A stretch of DNA of 64,000 nucleotides from Acidobacteriota bacterium (GTDB taxonomy: Bacteria > Acidobacteriota > Terriglobia > Terriglobales > Acidobacteriaceae). The notes beneath the pieces are model-generated. The model was given only the letters and a program-made list of their open reading frames with translations. It was not told the DNA's origin and did not search any database. The stretch spans positions 7,343-71,342 of the forward strand of contig JBEPVW010000001.1 in NCBI GenBank assembly GCA_041690775.1. The letters are read 5' to 3'. The translations under genes were made by a program, and so were the position numbers. This document shows positions 18,839 through 28,565 of this stretch, in pieces. How positions within the stretch are numbered: position 1 is the first letter of the stretch; the number at the start of each line of letters is the position of its first letter.

Positions 18839-19911
18839 AATCGCTCGATCTGACAGCGGCCATTTCTCTCGCATTCTGCATAGCGGGCTGCGGCTCGCGA
18901 AATTCGTCCTCTAGTCCTCCACCCGCGGCAAAAACGATCGTGCAAACCGTAACAGTCCACAGCCAGAAGGTGGTCGATCGGTTGGACATCCCGGCACGCG
19001 TCACCGCCAACCCAACGAAGGTCGTGCAGATTTTCCCTCCTCTTAGCGGTCGCATCGTGCGGTTTTCTGTGCTGCCGGGCCAAGCCGTGCGGGCTGGACA
19101 GGAAATTGCGGTTCTGCAAAGCGCAGAAATTGCGCAGGCCCGCTCGGATTTCGAAAAATCCAAAATTCAAGTGACGCTTGCCGATGCCGCTCTAAAACGC
19201 GGGAAGATGCTGTTGCAGCATGAAGTTCTGGCGGCAGCCGACTATGAGCAACTCGTCGCCGCTGCAGACGCGGCGCACTCCGAGCAGGAACGCGCCCGGC
19301 AGCGGATACACGAGCTGGGCTTTTCGGAAAACGACAATAGCGATCAAGCGCCTATTCGCACTCCGATCAGCGGGGTGGTGCTCGACACCGGCGGGGCTGC
19401 GGGAGAAATGCAGAGGTCGCTCGACAACGCCGCACCGCTCGCCACTATCGCCAATCTGAATCAGGTCTGGGTTCTCGGCGATACCTATCAAAATGATCTG
19501 GCAAGTATTCAGGCAGGCCGCCCCGTTACTGTAACCATTCCGTCTTATCCCGGTCTGTTATTGCCGGGAAAGGTGGACAACGTGTCCCAATCGCTCGACC
19601 CCAACACGTTGGCGGTGAGGGTGCGCGTTGTTCTCGCGAATCCGCAATTCAAGTTAAAGCCGCAAATGTTTGCGACTATCTCCATCGATCGTTCTACGGT
19701 CGAAGGTTTCTTAGTGCCATCCTCCGCAGTGATCCATGAAAACAACAGTGACTCGGTGTTCGTTCAGACCTCGCCTGGCCAATATGAAAAAAGAAACGTG
19801 AAGGTGGGTCAGATGCAGCAGGAGAACATCGTCGTCCTGAATGGTCTCCATGACGGAGACCAGGTCGTTACCCTCGGTGCTGCGCTGCTGCGCACGCCTT
19901 CCGGAGAGTGA
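18835..19911 (+). CDS. Efflux RND periplasmic adaptor (membrane fusion) lipoprotein
   Basis: The start MKSLDLTAAISLAFCIAGC (lipobox) overlaps the upstream stop. HlyD/CzcB-like motifs are present: barrel-sandwich (IFPPLSGRIVRFSVLPGQAVRAGQEIAVLQS), an alpha-hairpin, and RTPISGVVLD. Confidence 0.85.
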   Translation: MKSLDLTAAISLAFCIAGCGSRNSSSSPPPAAKTIVQTVTVHSQKVVDRLDIPARVTANPTKVVQIFPPLSGRIVRFSVLPGQAVRAGQEIAVLQSAEIAQARSDFEKSKIQVTLADAALKRGKMLLQHEVLAAADYEQLVAAADAAHSEQERARQRIHELGFSENDNSDQAPIRTPISGVVLDTGGAAGEMQRSLDNAAPLATIANLNQVWVLGDTYQNDLASIQAGRPVTVTIPSYPGLLLPGKVDNVSQSLDPNTLAVRVRVVLANPQFKLKPQMFATISIDRSTVEGFLVPSSAVIHENNSDSVFVQTSPGQYEKRNVKVGQMQQENIVVLNGLHDGDQVVTLGAALLRTPSGE

Positions 19912-19912
19912 T

Positions 19913-22900
19913 ATGGGCGCGTTAATCCGAAGGCTGATCGAATATCGCGCAATCGTGCTGATTATCTTTGTAGCCTCGCTGCTGGTGGGCGGCTTCGCGT
20001 ATACCAGGCTCGACATTGAGGCATATCCTGACCCCTCGCCGCCTCTGGTAGAAATCATCACTCAAAATCCAGCCTGGTCCGCGGAAGAGATGGAGCAGCA
20101 GGTGACTGTTCCGGTCGAGAACGCCATCTACGGTTCGCCGCATCTCGAGCAGGTGCGCTCCACCAGCATCTTCGGGCTGAGTGATGTGAAACTCTATTTC
20201 AGCTTCGACAGCGACTATTTCCATGATCGCGAGGAGGTCCTGTACCACCTGCAGACGCTCACCCTCCCCAACAACCTGCAACCGCAGTTGTCACCCTGGT
20301 CCCCGATTGGAGAAATCTACCGCTACATCCTTTCCGGCCCCGGGTATTCGTTAAACGAAATAAAGGCGACACAGGATTGGCTGGTCACGCGGGAACTCAA
20401 GCAGGTACCCGGCATCATCGACGTGACAACGTTTGGCGGGACCACACGGCAGTATCAGGTGATCGTCGACCCGGGCAAGTTGCTTGCGCATCATGTGACG
20501 CTCACGCAGGTGATCGGCGCAATCCAGAGCAGCAATGCCAATGTCGGCGGTGACTACCTCACGCTGGGCGCACAGAGTGTGAACGTGCGCGCAATTGGCT
20601 TGCTGAAGAACGTCGACGACATCGCGGCGATTGTTGTCGCGGAGCACAACAACGTGCCGGTGCTGGTGCGAGATGTAGCGGAAGTGAAAGAAGGCTATCA
20701 GCCGCCAATGGGCCGGGTGGGAAGAAACAACAATAGCAACGTGGTTCAAGGCATTGTCCTGCTGCAGAAAAACGAACAATCTCTTCCAGCGTTGCGAGCA
20801 TTGAAGAAGAAAGTTTTCGAGCTAAACCGCGGCAACCTACTGCCGCCGGGCATGCAGATCAAGCCTTATTACGATCGCACCAGGCTGATCAACGTCACCA
20901 CGGACACAGTGAAGCACATTATTCTGACGGGCCTTCTGCTGGTTACGATTGTTCTTTTTATAACCATCGGCGATTTCCGCACAACTCTCCTGGCAGTTCT
21001 AACTATCCCTTTCGCTGTCCTGTTCGCCCTGACCTTGATGGTCATGACGGGCCATTCCGCCAATTTGATCTCGATCGGGGCCATCGATTTTGGCATCCTC
21101 GTCGACGCTTCGATCGTCGTGCTTGAAAGTGTGTACCGGAAGCTTTCCCGTCGGATGCAAGAGGAGAGTACCGCCGATCTGATTGTCGAAGGCGTCACAC
21201 AAAGCGCAAAGCCGGTCATTTACGCAACGATCATCATCCTCATCTCCTTCATCCCGCTATTCACCATGCAGGGAGTGCCGGGCAGAATCTTCGCGCCCAT
21301 GTCGATGACGTATGGCTTTGCGCTGATCGGCGCCTTGATCTACGCCGTTATTTTTGCGCCGGTGCTTGGATTTATCACAGCCTCGAAGGAACCTACGACC
21401 GGCAAGGAAACCTGGCTCATCCGAAACATACTCCGCGTCTATGAGCCGTCGTTGAAGTTCGCGGTAAAACATTCTCGCCTGGTATGGACGGGGGCCATCA
21501 TAGCCCTGTTGCTTACCGCATTTTCGTTTCATTTCATCGGCGGCGAATTTATGCCGGCATTGGAAGAGGGCAACCTCTGGATTCGCGCTACCCTGCCGCA
21601 GGATATTTCCCTTCCGCAGGCGGTGGCTGTGGCGGATTCTATGCGCACCACGTTAAGTCAATTTCCAGAGGTTGCCCAGACAGTTTCGCAGGTCGGGCGT
21701 CCCGATAACGGGACCGACGTCACAACCTTCAACAATGTCGAGGTCTATGCAGATCTGAAGCCCGCAAGCCAGTGGCCCGCAAATCTGCATGGCAGCAAAG
21801 ATAAATTGATTGAGGAAATGCAAGCCAGGCTCGCCAAGTACCCCGGCGTGGTGCTCGGCTTTTCTCAAAACATTCAGGACAATGTCGAGGAGGCCATGTC
21901 CGGAGTAAAAGGCGAAAATTCGCTCAAACTTTTCGGCAATAACTTCGATGTGCTGTCCAGATTGTCCGATCAGATTCTCGGCATCATGCAGTCCGTCCCC
22001 GGAGTGCAGGACGCCGGCATTTTCAAGGTCGGCGGTCAACCCAATCTCATCATCCAGATCGACCGTGCCCGCGCGGCGCGGTACGGTTTGGCCGCTCAGG
22101 ACATCAACGCCGCAATCCAGGCCGCAGTCGGCGGAGCTGCCGTTACGCAGATGATTCTTGAGGACCGCCGCTTTGATCTTGTGGTGCGCTTTCCCTTGGC
22201 GGATCGCAACAACCCAGCGGTGATTCGCAACATAATGCTGCCAACCCCGGACGGCAGCATGGTTCCGTTGGGAGAAGTCGCCAATGTCAGCCTTCGGGAT
22301 GGTGCCTTCGCCATTTACCGCGAGGGAGGGCGGCGATATGTCCCCATCAAATTCAGCGTTCGCGGACGCGATCTTCAAAGTACGATCCGCGATCTGCAGG
22401 GTCGGCTGGAGAACCAGGTCAAGCTGCCGCCCGGATATGAGTACACCTGGGCCGGCGAATTCGACAGCCTGCAAAAGGAATTGCGTCGCCTCTCCTTCAT
22501 TGTGCCGATCAGCCTGCTCATGATCCTCGGCCTGCTCTACATCCTGTTTCTTTCTTTCCGCGATGCGTTGATCGTGATGGCCGTAATCCCATTCGGCATG
22601 ATCGGGGGCGCGCTTTCGCTGCTGATTACGCATACACCCTTCAGCATCTCGGCAGCCGTCGGATTCACGTCTGTGCTGGGACTGAACACCCTGGGCGCGG
22701 TTGTCTTTTTGCGCGGCGTGCGTCATTCGCAGCACGAATTGGGAGAAGAGGCCGGACTGCTGCACGGATGTATTGAGGAGACCCGGCCAATTGTGATGGC
22801 ATGTCTATGTGCCGCGCTCGGTCTGCTGCCCGCCGCCATATCGAATGGAATTGGAGCGCAGGCGCAACAACCGCTGGCCCGCGTAGTCGTTGGAGGCATG

Positions 22901-23014
22901 GCCACCACACTGTTCGCGGTACTATTCGTAACGCCACTACTGGCCCGTCACCTGCCGGGGGATGCGCAGTCGGACAGCACGGATGCGGAACTCGATGTCA
23001 GCGGCGTTTCCTAG
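19913..23014 (+). CDS. Heavy-metal efflux RND transporter, CzcA/CusA family
   Basis: ORF 19841..23014. The likely start ATG 19913 (MGALIRRLIEYRAIVLIIF) is typical of this family. ~1030 aa, 12 TM with two large periplasmic loops. The TM4 motif is AIDFGILVDASIVVLES. Confidence 0.9.
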   Translation: MGALIRRLIEYRAIVLIIFVASLLVGGFAYTRLDIEAYPDPSPPLVEIITQNPAWSAEEMEQQVTVPVENAIYGSPHLEQVRSTSIFGLSDVKLYFSFDSDYFHDREEVLYHLQTLTLPNNLQPQLSPWSPIGEIYRYILSGPGYSLNEIKATQDWLVTRELKQVPGIIDVTTFGGTTRQYQVIVDPGKLLAHHVTLTQVIGAIQSSNANVGGDYLTLGAQSVNVRAIGLLKNVDDIAAIVVAEHNNVPVLVRDVAEVKEGYQPPMGRVGRNNNSNVVQGIVLLQKNEQSLPALRALKKKVFELNRGNLLPPGMQIKPYYDRTRLINVTTDTVKHIILTGLLLVTIVLFITIGDFRTTLLAVLTIPFAVLFALTLMVMTGHSANLISIGAIDFGILVDASIVVLESVYRKLSRRMQEESTADLIVEGVTQSAKPVIYATIIILISFIPLFTMQGVPGRIFAPMSMTYGFALIGALIYAVIFAPVLGFITASKEPTTGKETWLIRNILRVYEPSLKFAVKHSRLVWTGAIIALLLTAFSFHFIGGEFMPALEEGNLWIRATLPQDISLPQAVAVADSMRTTLSQFPEVAQTVSQVGRPDNGTDVTTFNNVEVYADLKPASQWPANLHGSKDKLIEEMQARLAKYPGVVLGFSQNIQDNVEEAMSGVKGENSLKLFGNNFDVLSRLSDQILGIMQSVPGVQDAGIFKVGGQPNLIIQIDRARAARYGLAAQDINAAIQAAVGGAAVTQMILEDRRFDLVVRFPLADRNNPAVIRNIMLPTPDGSMVPLGEVANVSLRDGAFAIYREGGRRYVPIKFSVRGRDLQSTIRDLQGRLENQVKLPPGYEYTWAGEFDSLQKELRRLSFIVPISLLMILGLLYILFLSFRDALIVMAVIPFGMIGGALSLLITHTPFSISAAVGFTSVLGLNTLGAVVFLRGVRHSQHELGEEAGLLHGCIEETRPIVMACLCAALGLLPAAISNGIGAQAQQPLARVVVGGMATTLFAVLFVTPLLARHLPGDAQSDSTDAELDVSGVS

Positions 23015-23042
23015 AGTGTGTTCAAAATAGATTTGTCATTCC

Positions 23043-23155
23043 GAGCGAAGCGTAGCAAAGTCGAGGAACCTCGCGCTTTGCTGGCAACCACCAGATTCTT
23101 CGCCGAGTTTACCCTCAGCATAGCCGAACGGGCTCAGAACGACAATTAGGTACGC
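23043..23155. repeat. REP/MITE-like intergenic element bounded by imperfect inverted repeats
   Basis: TTGTCATTCCGAGC (23043..23056) and the reverse complement of GCTCAGAACGACAA (23142..23155) match at 12 of 14 positions. The interior has GC-rich self-complementary stretches (gcaaagtcgaggaacctcgcgctttgc). Confidence 0.5.
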
Positions 23156-23318
23156 TTAAAGCAATTTCTCTGATGCTGTAAGGAAGAAGTAGAGCTTTTG
23201 AAGGGTCGAGACTTCAGTCCCACCGTAGAGACTAAACTACACGCAGGGCTTCAGCCCCTGAGGCACACCCTAGCAACGCGAAAAATGCTCCAGCATTCTT
23301 GAAACACACGAGTGAGTC

Positions 23319-24575
23319 ATGGTTCCAGCCCGTCCCCACAATCCGTCATTTGCCCGAACGCTCGCCAGCGCCAAGAAGACCATGGTGTTCAGCGAGATCA
23401 TTTCTCTTGCCATCGATAGTTTCCGCGCTAATAAAATACGTTTCGCGCTCACGGCCCTGGGAATGGTAATGGGCTCCGCCTCCGTCATCCTGGTCGTTAC
23501 TATCGGGCTGACTGGCAAACAGTACGCGATCAATTACATCCAGGGCATTGGCGCGAACATGATTACCGCGGACTATCCGGGCGGCGACAATGGCAATCCA
23601 GATCCCCTGACAAAAGACGATTTGACCGCGGTCATGAATCAGGTTCCCGGCATCACCGCCAGTTCGCCAATGCTGCAGATTCACGATCCCATCAGCTTCG
23701 GCAATGGCAACGTGAAAGATGTGCTAGTGCTCGGGGTCTCGCCGCAATATAAACAGGTACGCAACCTGGTGGTCCTTTCAGGTCGTTTTTTCGACGATCA
23801 GGACGCGACCAGCCATGCGAAGGTAGCGGTCGTGACCCTTCCGTTTGCGGAAAACCTGTTTGGCAGTGCGGATGCCGCGCTCAATCAAAGCTTTTCCATC
23901 AAAGGCATTCCGTTCACCATTATTGGAATCTTCAAGGAGCGTGTCGACACCTACGGTCAGATGGAAATCGCCAAACAGACCATCCTTATCCCATACCCGG
24001 TGGCACGGTACTTTACCGGCACCGACGTAGTCAAAGCAATATTCTTTTCCGTGCAGGACTTTAACGATGTCCCAAGGGCGAGGAACGATATTGCGCGCGC
24101 GATCCAGTCGCGGCATCGGGCAAACTCCGTCTATAACGTGAATGAAAATGCGGCTCTGCTCACGACCGTGGAACAGATCGCAAATATTTTAACTTTGGTT
24201 CTCCTGCTCGTCTCCGCAGTTACGCTGGCCGTCAGCGGCGTGGGCATCATGAACATCATGCTGGCGACAGTCCGATCCCGGATTCGCGAAATCGGCATCC
24301 GTAAAGCCGTCGGCGCGACATATCGAGAAATTCAACTGCAATTTCTAACCGAAGCAGTCCTAATCTCCTTGAGCGGCGGTATCGTCGGGACGCTCCTCGG
24401 TCTCGCACTCCCGCTCTCCGTTCGCTTTTTTCTTCCTGCATATCTGATTCCTATTTCCCCTTGGTCCGTCGTCATTTCACTGGGAACTGCAATGTTGGTA
24501 GGAATTTTATTCGGGACCTTGCCCGCCACCCGCGCCGCCCAGATGGATCCTGTGGAAGCCTTGAAATATGAGTAG
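23319..24575 (+). CDS. ABC transporter permease, MacB/FtsX family
   Basis: An N-terminal TM (alternative start MVFSEIISLAIDSFRANKIRFALTALGMVMG at 23382), then a MacB-like periplasmic core domain. The C-terminal FtsX 3-TM module includes REIGIRKAVGAT. No cognate ATPase gene is adjacent. Confidence 0.85.
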   Translation: MVPARPHNPSFARTLASAKKTMVFSEIISLAIDSFRANKIRFALTALGMVMGSASVILVVTIGLTGKQYAINYIQGIGANMITADYPGGDNGNPDPLTKDDLTAVMNQVPGITASSPMLQIHDPISFGNGNVKDVLVLGVSPQYKQVRNLVVLSGRFFDDQDATSHAKVAVVTLPFAENLFGSADAALNQSFSIKGIPFTIIGIFKERVDTYGQMEIAKQTILIPYPVARYFTGTDVVKAIFFSVQDFNDVPRARNDIARAIQSRHRANSVYNVNENAALLTTVEQIANILTLVLLLVSAVTLAVSGVGIMNIMLATVRSRIREIGIRKAVGATYREIQLQFLTEAVLISLSGGIVGTLLGLALPLSVRFFLPAYLIPISPWSVVISLGTAMLVGILFGTLPATRAAQMDPVEALKYE

Positions 24576-24587
24576 CGCCGACGAAGT

Positions 24588-26093
24588 TTAAGCAGTTCTG
24601 CTTGCATCGGACACCACAATGTTCAAAAGAGCAGCAATCATTTCACGTGCGGCGCTCCTCCCGCCGCGAATCAAATCCGGCAAACCCACCCCGCGATAGG
24701 CATTTCCGATGAGCCGTAATTGCGGCAGTTTGGCGACGCACGATTCAAGCTCAGCAATGCGGTCCAAATGTCCAACAGAGTAGAGCGGCAGGGAATCCGG
24801 CCAGCGGCGATCCACGGCGATGCCTGGTTCGGGCAGCGCACCTAAGATATTTCCCAACGCAGTGTGCGCCAGCCTGCGCAGTATGGAGTCACTTTCCCCC
24901 AGCAGAGCTGGAGCGGCAGGCCCCCCGAAAAACGCGCGCAGCAGCACCGCACCCGCGGGAGCACGATGCGAAAATTTCTGATCGACAAATGTGCAGGCGA
25001 GAAGGGCCCGTTGCGCAAGCTCTTCCAGATTTGTGTGGCCGCCTTCATGCAGGCTGGCATCCGTCCCGCCACGCTGCGGAACCAGAAATCCAAAGCCCTT
25101 TGGAATTTGGAGGAACTGCGCCTGCTCTGCCGAAAAAGCGAACGCTACCACAATGGCTGAAGATGAATGTTGCGGCAACAGGTCCACCATGTGCGGATTG
25201 AGAGGAGCGAGCAATTGCGCGGTTGTTTTCGAAGGAGTGGCAATCAGAAGCCCGTCGAATCGCTCCGGGGCTTGGTCGCATGCTCCTGCGATACGCCAGG
25301 AATCGCCTACCCATTCGATGGAGTCCACAGCAAATCCCCGCCGAATGTTGCGCGCTGGAATGCGAGACTCCATACCTGCGATCAGTCCTGACAACCCGTT
25401 TCGCAACGTACTGAAAATCGGCGCGGTCGATTCCGCGGATTGCTTGCGCTGCTGCAAACCAAGAATCAAACTGCCGTATTCGTATTCAAGCGCGACGTAG
25501 GCAGGCAGTACAGCTCGGGCGCTCAGGGTAGCAATATCTCCGCCAAACACGCCAGCAAGCAGCGGAGCTGCAATCGTATCGGCAACCTCTGCGCCAAAGT
25601 GACGGGCGACGAAGTCCTTTACTGATTCGTCGCGCGGAGGCCGCGAGGCGAGGAGCGCTGTAGTCTTCAGTTGTCCCGCAATCCCTGGCTCCCGCAGGTA
25701 GCCAAGCTTTGCCTGCTGGCTGAGCAATGTCGAATCGAGGACCCTCGCCCATTCGACCGGCACCATCATGCGCATGCCATCCGGAATCGCGTGCAGGCCG
25801 CTCCGTTCGGCGAGGTAGGTTTTGCGATGTTTGTCCTGGGAAAAAATAATCTCAGATTCGAGCCCCAGTTCCACCGCTAGCTCTCGGGCCCACGGTTTCT
25901 CCGTGACCCAGCTATCGGGACCGCACTCAATGACGAACTCGCCGTGGTGCTCCGTCTCCACGATGCCGCCAAGACGGTTCGTGGCCTCAAACAAAATAAA
26001 TTCAACTGCCGCGCCCGCACGCTGTTGGCGCGCAAGTTCGTATGCGGCAGAAAGTCCCGAAATGCCGCCGCCCAGAATGGCAATGTGTTTCAT
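24588..26093 (-). CDS. hemY: Protoporphyrinogen/coproporphyrinogen III oxidase, HemY (CgoX) type
   Basis: ORF 24588..26414. The plausible start ATG 26093 (MKHIAILGGGISGLSAAYEL, an FAD Rossmann GxGxxG) overlaps the hemH stop (ATGA). The amine-oxidase-fold length is ~500 aa. Confidence 0.85.
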   Translation of the reverse strand: MKHIAILGGGISGLSAAYELARQQRAGAAVEFILFEATNRLGGIVETEHHGEFVIECGPDSWVTEKPWARELAVELGLESEIIFSQDKHRKTYLAERSGLHAIPDGMRMMVPVEWARVLDSTLLSQQAKLGYLREPGIAGQLKTTALLASRPPRDESVKDFVARHFGAEVADTIAAPLLAGVFGGDIATLSARAVLPAYVALEYEYGSLILGLQQRKQSAESTAPIFSTLRNGLSGLIAGMESRIPARNIRRGFAVDSIEWVGDSWRIAGACDQAPERFDGLLIATPSKTTAQLLAPLNPHMVDLLPQHSSSAIVVAFAFSAEQAQFLQIPKGFGFLVPQRGGTDASLHEGGHTNLEELAQRALLACTFVDQKFSHRAPAGAVLLRAFFGGPAAPALLGESDSILRRLAHTALGNILGALPEPGIAVDRRWPDSLPLYSVGHLDRIAELESCVAKLPQLRLIGNAYRGVGLPDLIRGGRSAAREMIAALLNIVVSDASRTA

Positions 26094-27193
26094 GCTGAGC
26101 GGGGTACTGGCGCCGGAGAATGGATTGTGAGCTGTGCCAGGCCTTGGGAAGCGAGATCCGCAAGCGCATCGATCAGCATGGGCGAAGCATTCAAAGACTC
26201 CGGCCGAAACAGTTTTAAATCCAGCTTGCGTGCCAGTTGCTGAAAAGCGATGTCGATGTCGTACAAAATTTCGACGTGGTCGCACAGGAAACCGATCGGC
26301 TGCAAAACCGCTCCGCGATGGTCTTCCTGCTGCAAGGCCTGAAGAGTGTCTTCCACTGTAGGACCAAGCCACGGGCCACCGGAAAGCCCTTGGCTCTGAA
26401 ACGCAAAATACCAATCCCGCCGCGTAAGGCCATCGGATGCCAGACGCTCCGCAACCAGGGCCGCAGTCTGTTTTGTCTCGATGGCATAGAGGTCGGGATC
26501 GTGAGATGCATCGGCCGGAACTGCGTAGGAACGTTCAGGCACCGTTGGCCGCACGGGCCCGGCGATACAGGTGGCAGCATCTGGCGTCTGCGGCGCAAGG
26601 GGCGATGCATTGGCTGTTTGGTTTTGAATTGTCCGGCACGGAACACTATGCGCCGTGAACACCACGGGAACTTTTTCGCCGACAGCCTGGCAGGCGCTCA
26701 GCCATGTTGGCCGAAGCCGCTCGGCAAAAGCGTCGATCAGGCAAGGGTGATTTGCCCACGCATCAATAAAGTGAAGACGGAGCGCCGTGCCCGCTTCGGC
26801 ATACGCAGCCCGGCGATACAGCCCCACACTCGTGCGTGAGTTCTGCGGAGCCAGACAGATTGCGACAGCATCCGTCACGCCCTCATCACGCATTTGGCGG
26901 ACGGTGTCTGAGATGTACGGTTTCCAGTTGCGCATCCCCACATAGACTGGCAGCTTCAGTTTTTCCTGAAGCAACGCGGCTTCGCGTAGTGTCCATTCCG
27001 TTAGCGGACTTTTGCCGATCTCCGCATACCTGTGCTGAATCTCTTCCACAACTTGCTGCGGGATCGCTCGCCCGCTCACAACATTCTTCAGGTACTCAGG
27101 AATTTCTTCCACCGTTTCCGGCGTCCCGTGGGCCAGCAGCAGCACGGCAAATTTCCGATCTGACAATCCTTCGAGATTGTTTCCAATCGTCAC
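26090..27193 (-). CDS. hemH: Ferrochelatase (HemH / coproporphyrin ferrochelatase-type)
   Basis: Motifs AVLLLAHGTPE, YVGMRNWKPYI, FTAHSVP and QPIGFLCDHVEILYDID. It carries an unusually long insert after HSVP (see findings). The 4-nt overlap 27190..27193 joins the hemE stop to the hemH start. Confidence 0.88.
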   Translation of the reverse strand: MTIGNNLEGLSDRKFAVLLLAHGTPETVEEIPEYLKNVVSGRAIPQQVVEEIQHRYAEIGKSPLTEWTLREAALLQEKLKLPVYVGMRNWKPYISDTVRQMRDEGVTDAVAICLAPQNSRTSVGLYRRAAYAEAGTALRLHFIDAWANHPCLIDAFAERLRPTWLSACQAVGEKVPVVFTAHSVPCRTIQNQTANASPLAPQTPDAATCIAGPVRPTVPERSYAVPADASHDPDLYAIETKQTAALVAERLASDGLTRRDWYFAFQSQGLSGGPWLGPTVEDTLQALQQEDHRGAVLQPIGFLCDHVEILYDIDIAFQQLARKLDLKLFRPESLNASPMLIDALADLASQGLAQLTIHSPAPVPRSA

Positions 27194-28239
27194 GCGGACT
27201 CCGTTTTGACCTGGGCGCAGATTTCACGCACCCAGCGAACAACCCGCTGCACATTTTCGACGGGCGTTCCTGGCACAATGCCGTGGCCGACATTGAAAAT
27301 ATGCCCTGGCATTCCGCCAGCTTGACGCAAGACTTCTTCCACGCGAGCATGCAGCAGGGCCTCCGGCGCGAACAGCGTTATCGGGTCGAGATTCCCTTGC
27401 ACCGCGCAGTTCCCGCCCACGGCCTGCCGGCCTATGTCGAGCGGAATTCGCCAGTCAAGCCCGATCACATCCGCGCCAGTCTCGCGCATCGCTGGCAGCA
27501 ACGTTGCCGTGTCCACGCCAAAGTAGATGACCGGCACTCCGTTGGCCTGAATCTGCTGAACCAAGGACTTCGTAATTGGCAAGACATACTGTCGATAATC
27601 GGTGACAGAAAGCGCACCAGCCCAGCTATCGAAGACCTGGATCACATCCGCGCCGGCTTCCACCTGTTGGGTCGCATACTCCGCGAGCACGATTGCCAAC
27701 TTCTGCATGAGAGCCTGCCACGCGGCAAAATCGGAGTACATCAGGCGCTTGGTTTCGATGTAGTTGCGGGAGCCGCCGCCTTCAATCATGTAACTGGCCA
27801 GCGTAAATGGCGCGCCGCAGAAGCCGATCATCCCCAGACGGTCGCCGAAATGTTTCTGCACGCGGCGGACTGCTTCTGAGACATAGCCGAGATCGGCGGT
27901 GCGGTTCGTCCGCAGCGCAGCAATGTCAGCTGCCGTGCGAACGGGCCGATGCACCACCGGCCCTTCGCCCGCCAGAAACGTGAAATCCAGACCCATTGGT
28001 TCCAGCGGCAAAAGAAGATCGGCAAAAATAATCGCCGCATCCACGTCGAGCTTTTCCGCGGCGGTGATCGTCACCTCGGCGGCAAGCTCAGGCGATTTGC
28101 ATATTTCAACCAGCGAGTGAGTCCGCCGGACCGCCTGATATTCCGGCATGTAACGGCCTGCCTGCCGCAGGAACCATACGGGCGTACAGTCCACCGGCTG
28201 CCGCAAACATGCGCGGAGAAAGCGGCTGCCGCCAGTCAT
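27190..28239 (-). CDS. hemE: Uroporphyrinogen decarboxylase
   Basis: ORF 27190..28422. The family-typical start is ATG 28239 (MTGGSRFLRACLRQPVDCTPVWFLRQAGRYMPEYQ). ~349 aa with URO-D signatures throughout. Confidence 0.9.
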   Translation of the reverse strand: MTGGSRFLRACLRQPVDCTPVWFLRQAGRYMPEYQAVRRTHSLVEICKSPELAAEVTITAAEKLDVDAAIIFADLLLPLEPMGLDFTFLAGEGPVVHRPVRTAADIAALRTNRTADLGYVSEAVRRVQKHFGDRLGMIGFCGAPFTLASYMIEGGGSRNYIETKRLMYSDFAAWQALMQKLAIVLAEYATQQVEAGADVIQVFDSWAGALSVTDYRQYVLPITKSLVQQIQANGVPVIYFGVDTATLLPAMRETGADVIGLDWRIPLDIGRQAVGGNCAVQGNLDPITLFAPEALLHARVEEVLRQAGGMPGHIFNVGHGIVPGTPVENVQRVVRWVREICAQVKTESA

Positions 28240-28565
28240 CGGCGCTTCTGCCGGTGTGCCTTGGCGGGTTATGTCTGCCACACCATGCGTTGTCGATTTC
28301 TCGGCAGGATCAGGCGCGGAGGCTGGAATACAAGTCTTCAATTGCTCTCCAAAAACTTCGACAACCCTCAAACTTAAAAGACTAGCATCGCACAGCCCCA
28401 GCTCAATCATCGCCATCGGCAAACAGTTCGAGCAGGTGGAGTCTGGAAAACTGGCTTAGGATCAAGGAACGAGTCGACTCTGCCTGGTACTTCTATTTGA
28501 CCCTGCAAAAATGCGGGTGCTACCGTAAAGGGTTCGCATCGTCCGCCTCACAAGGATCCACTGTC

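Noticed and set aside
21653-22765. 370-aa minus-strand ORF inside the RND transporter gene
   Set aside because: It lies entirely within the well-supported CzcA-family frame and is an antisense shadow.
24588-28422. Long N-terminal extensions in the ORF track for hemY (to 26414) and hemE (to 28422)
   Set aside because: The extensions overlap upstream genes or lack family similarity. Internal ATGs at 26093 and 28239 give family-typical N-termini (GxGxxG; FLRA..PVW..RQAGRY).
28440-28565. Possible glycine riboswitch upstream of gcvT
   Set aside because: I could not find the conserved glycine-aptamer cores (GGAGAG .. CACCG .. CTCAGGCAAAAGGAC-like elements) on the plus strand of this leader. It would need a covariance-model scan (Rfam RF00504) to exclude fully.
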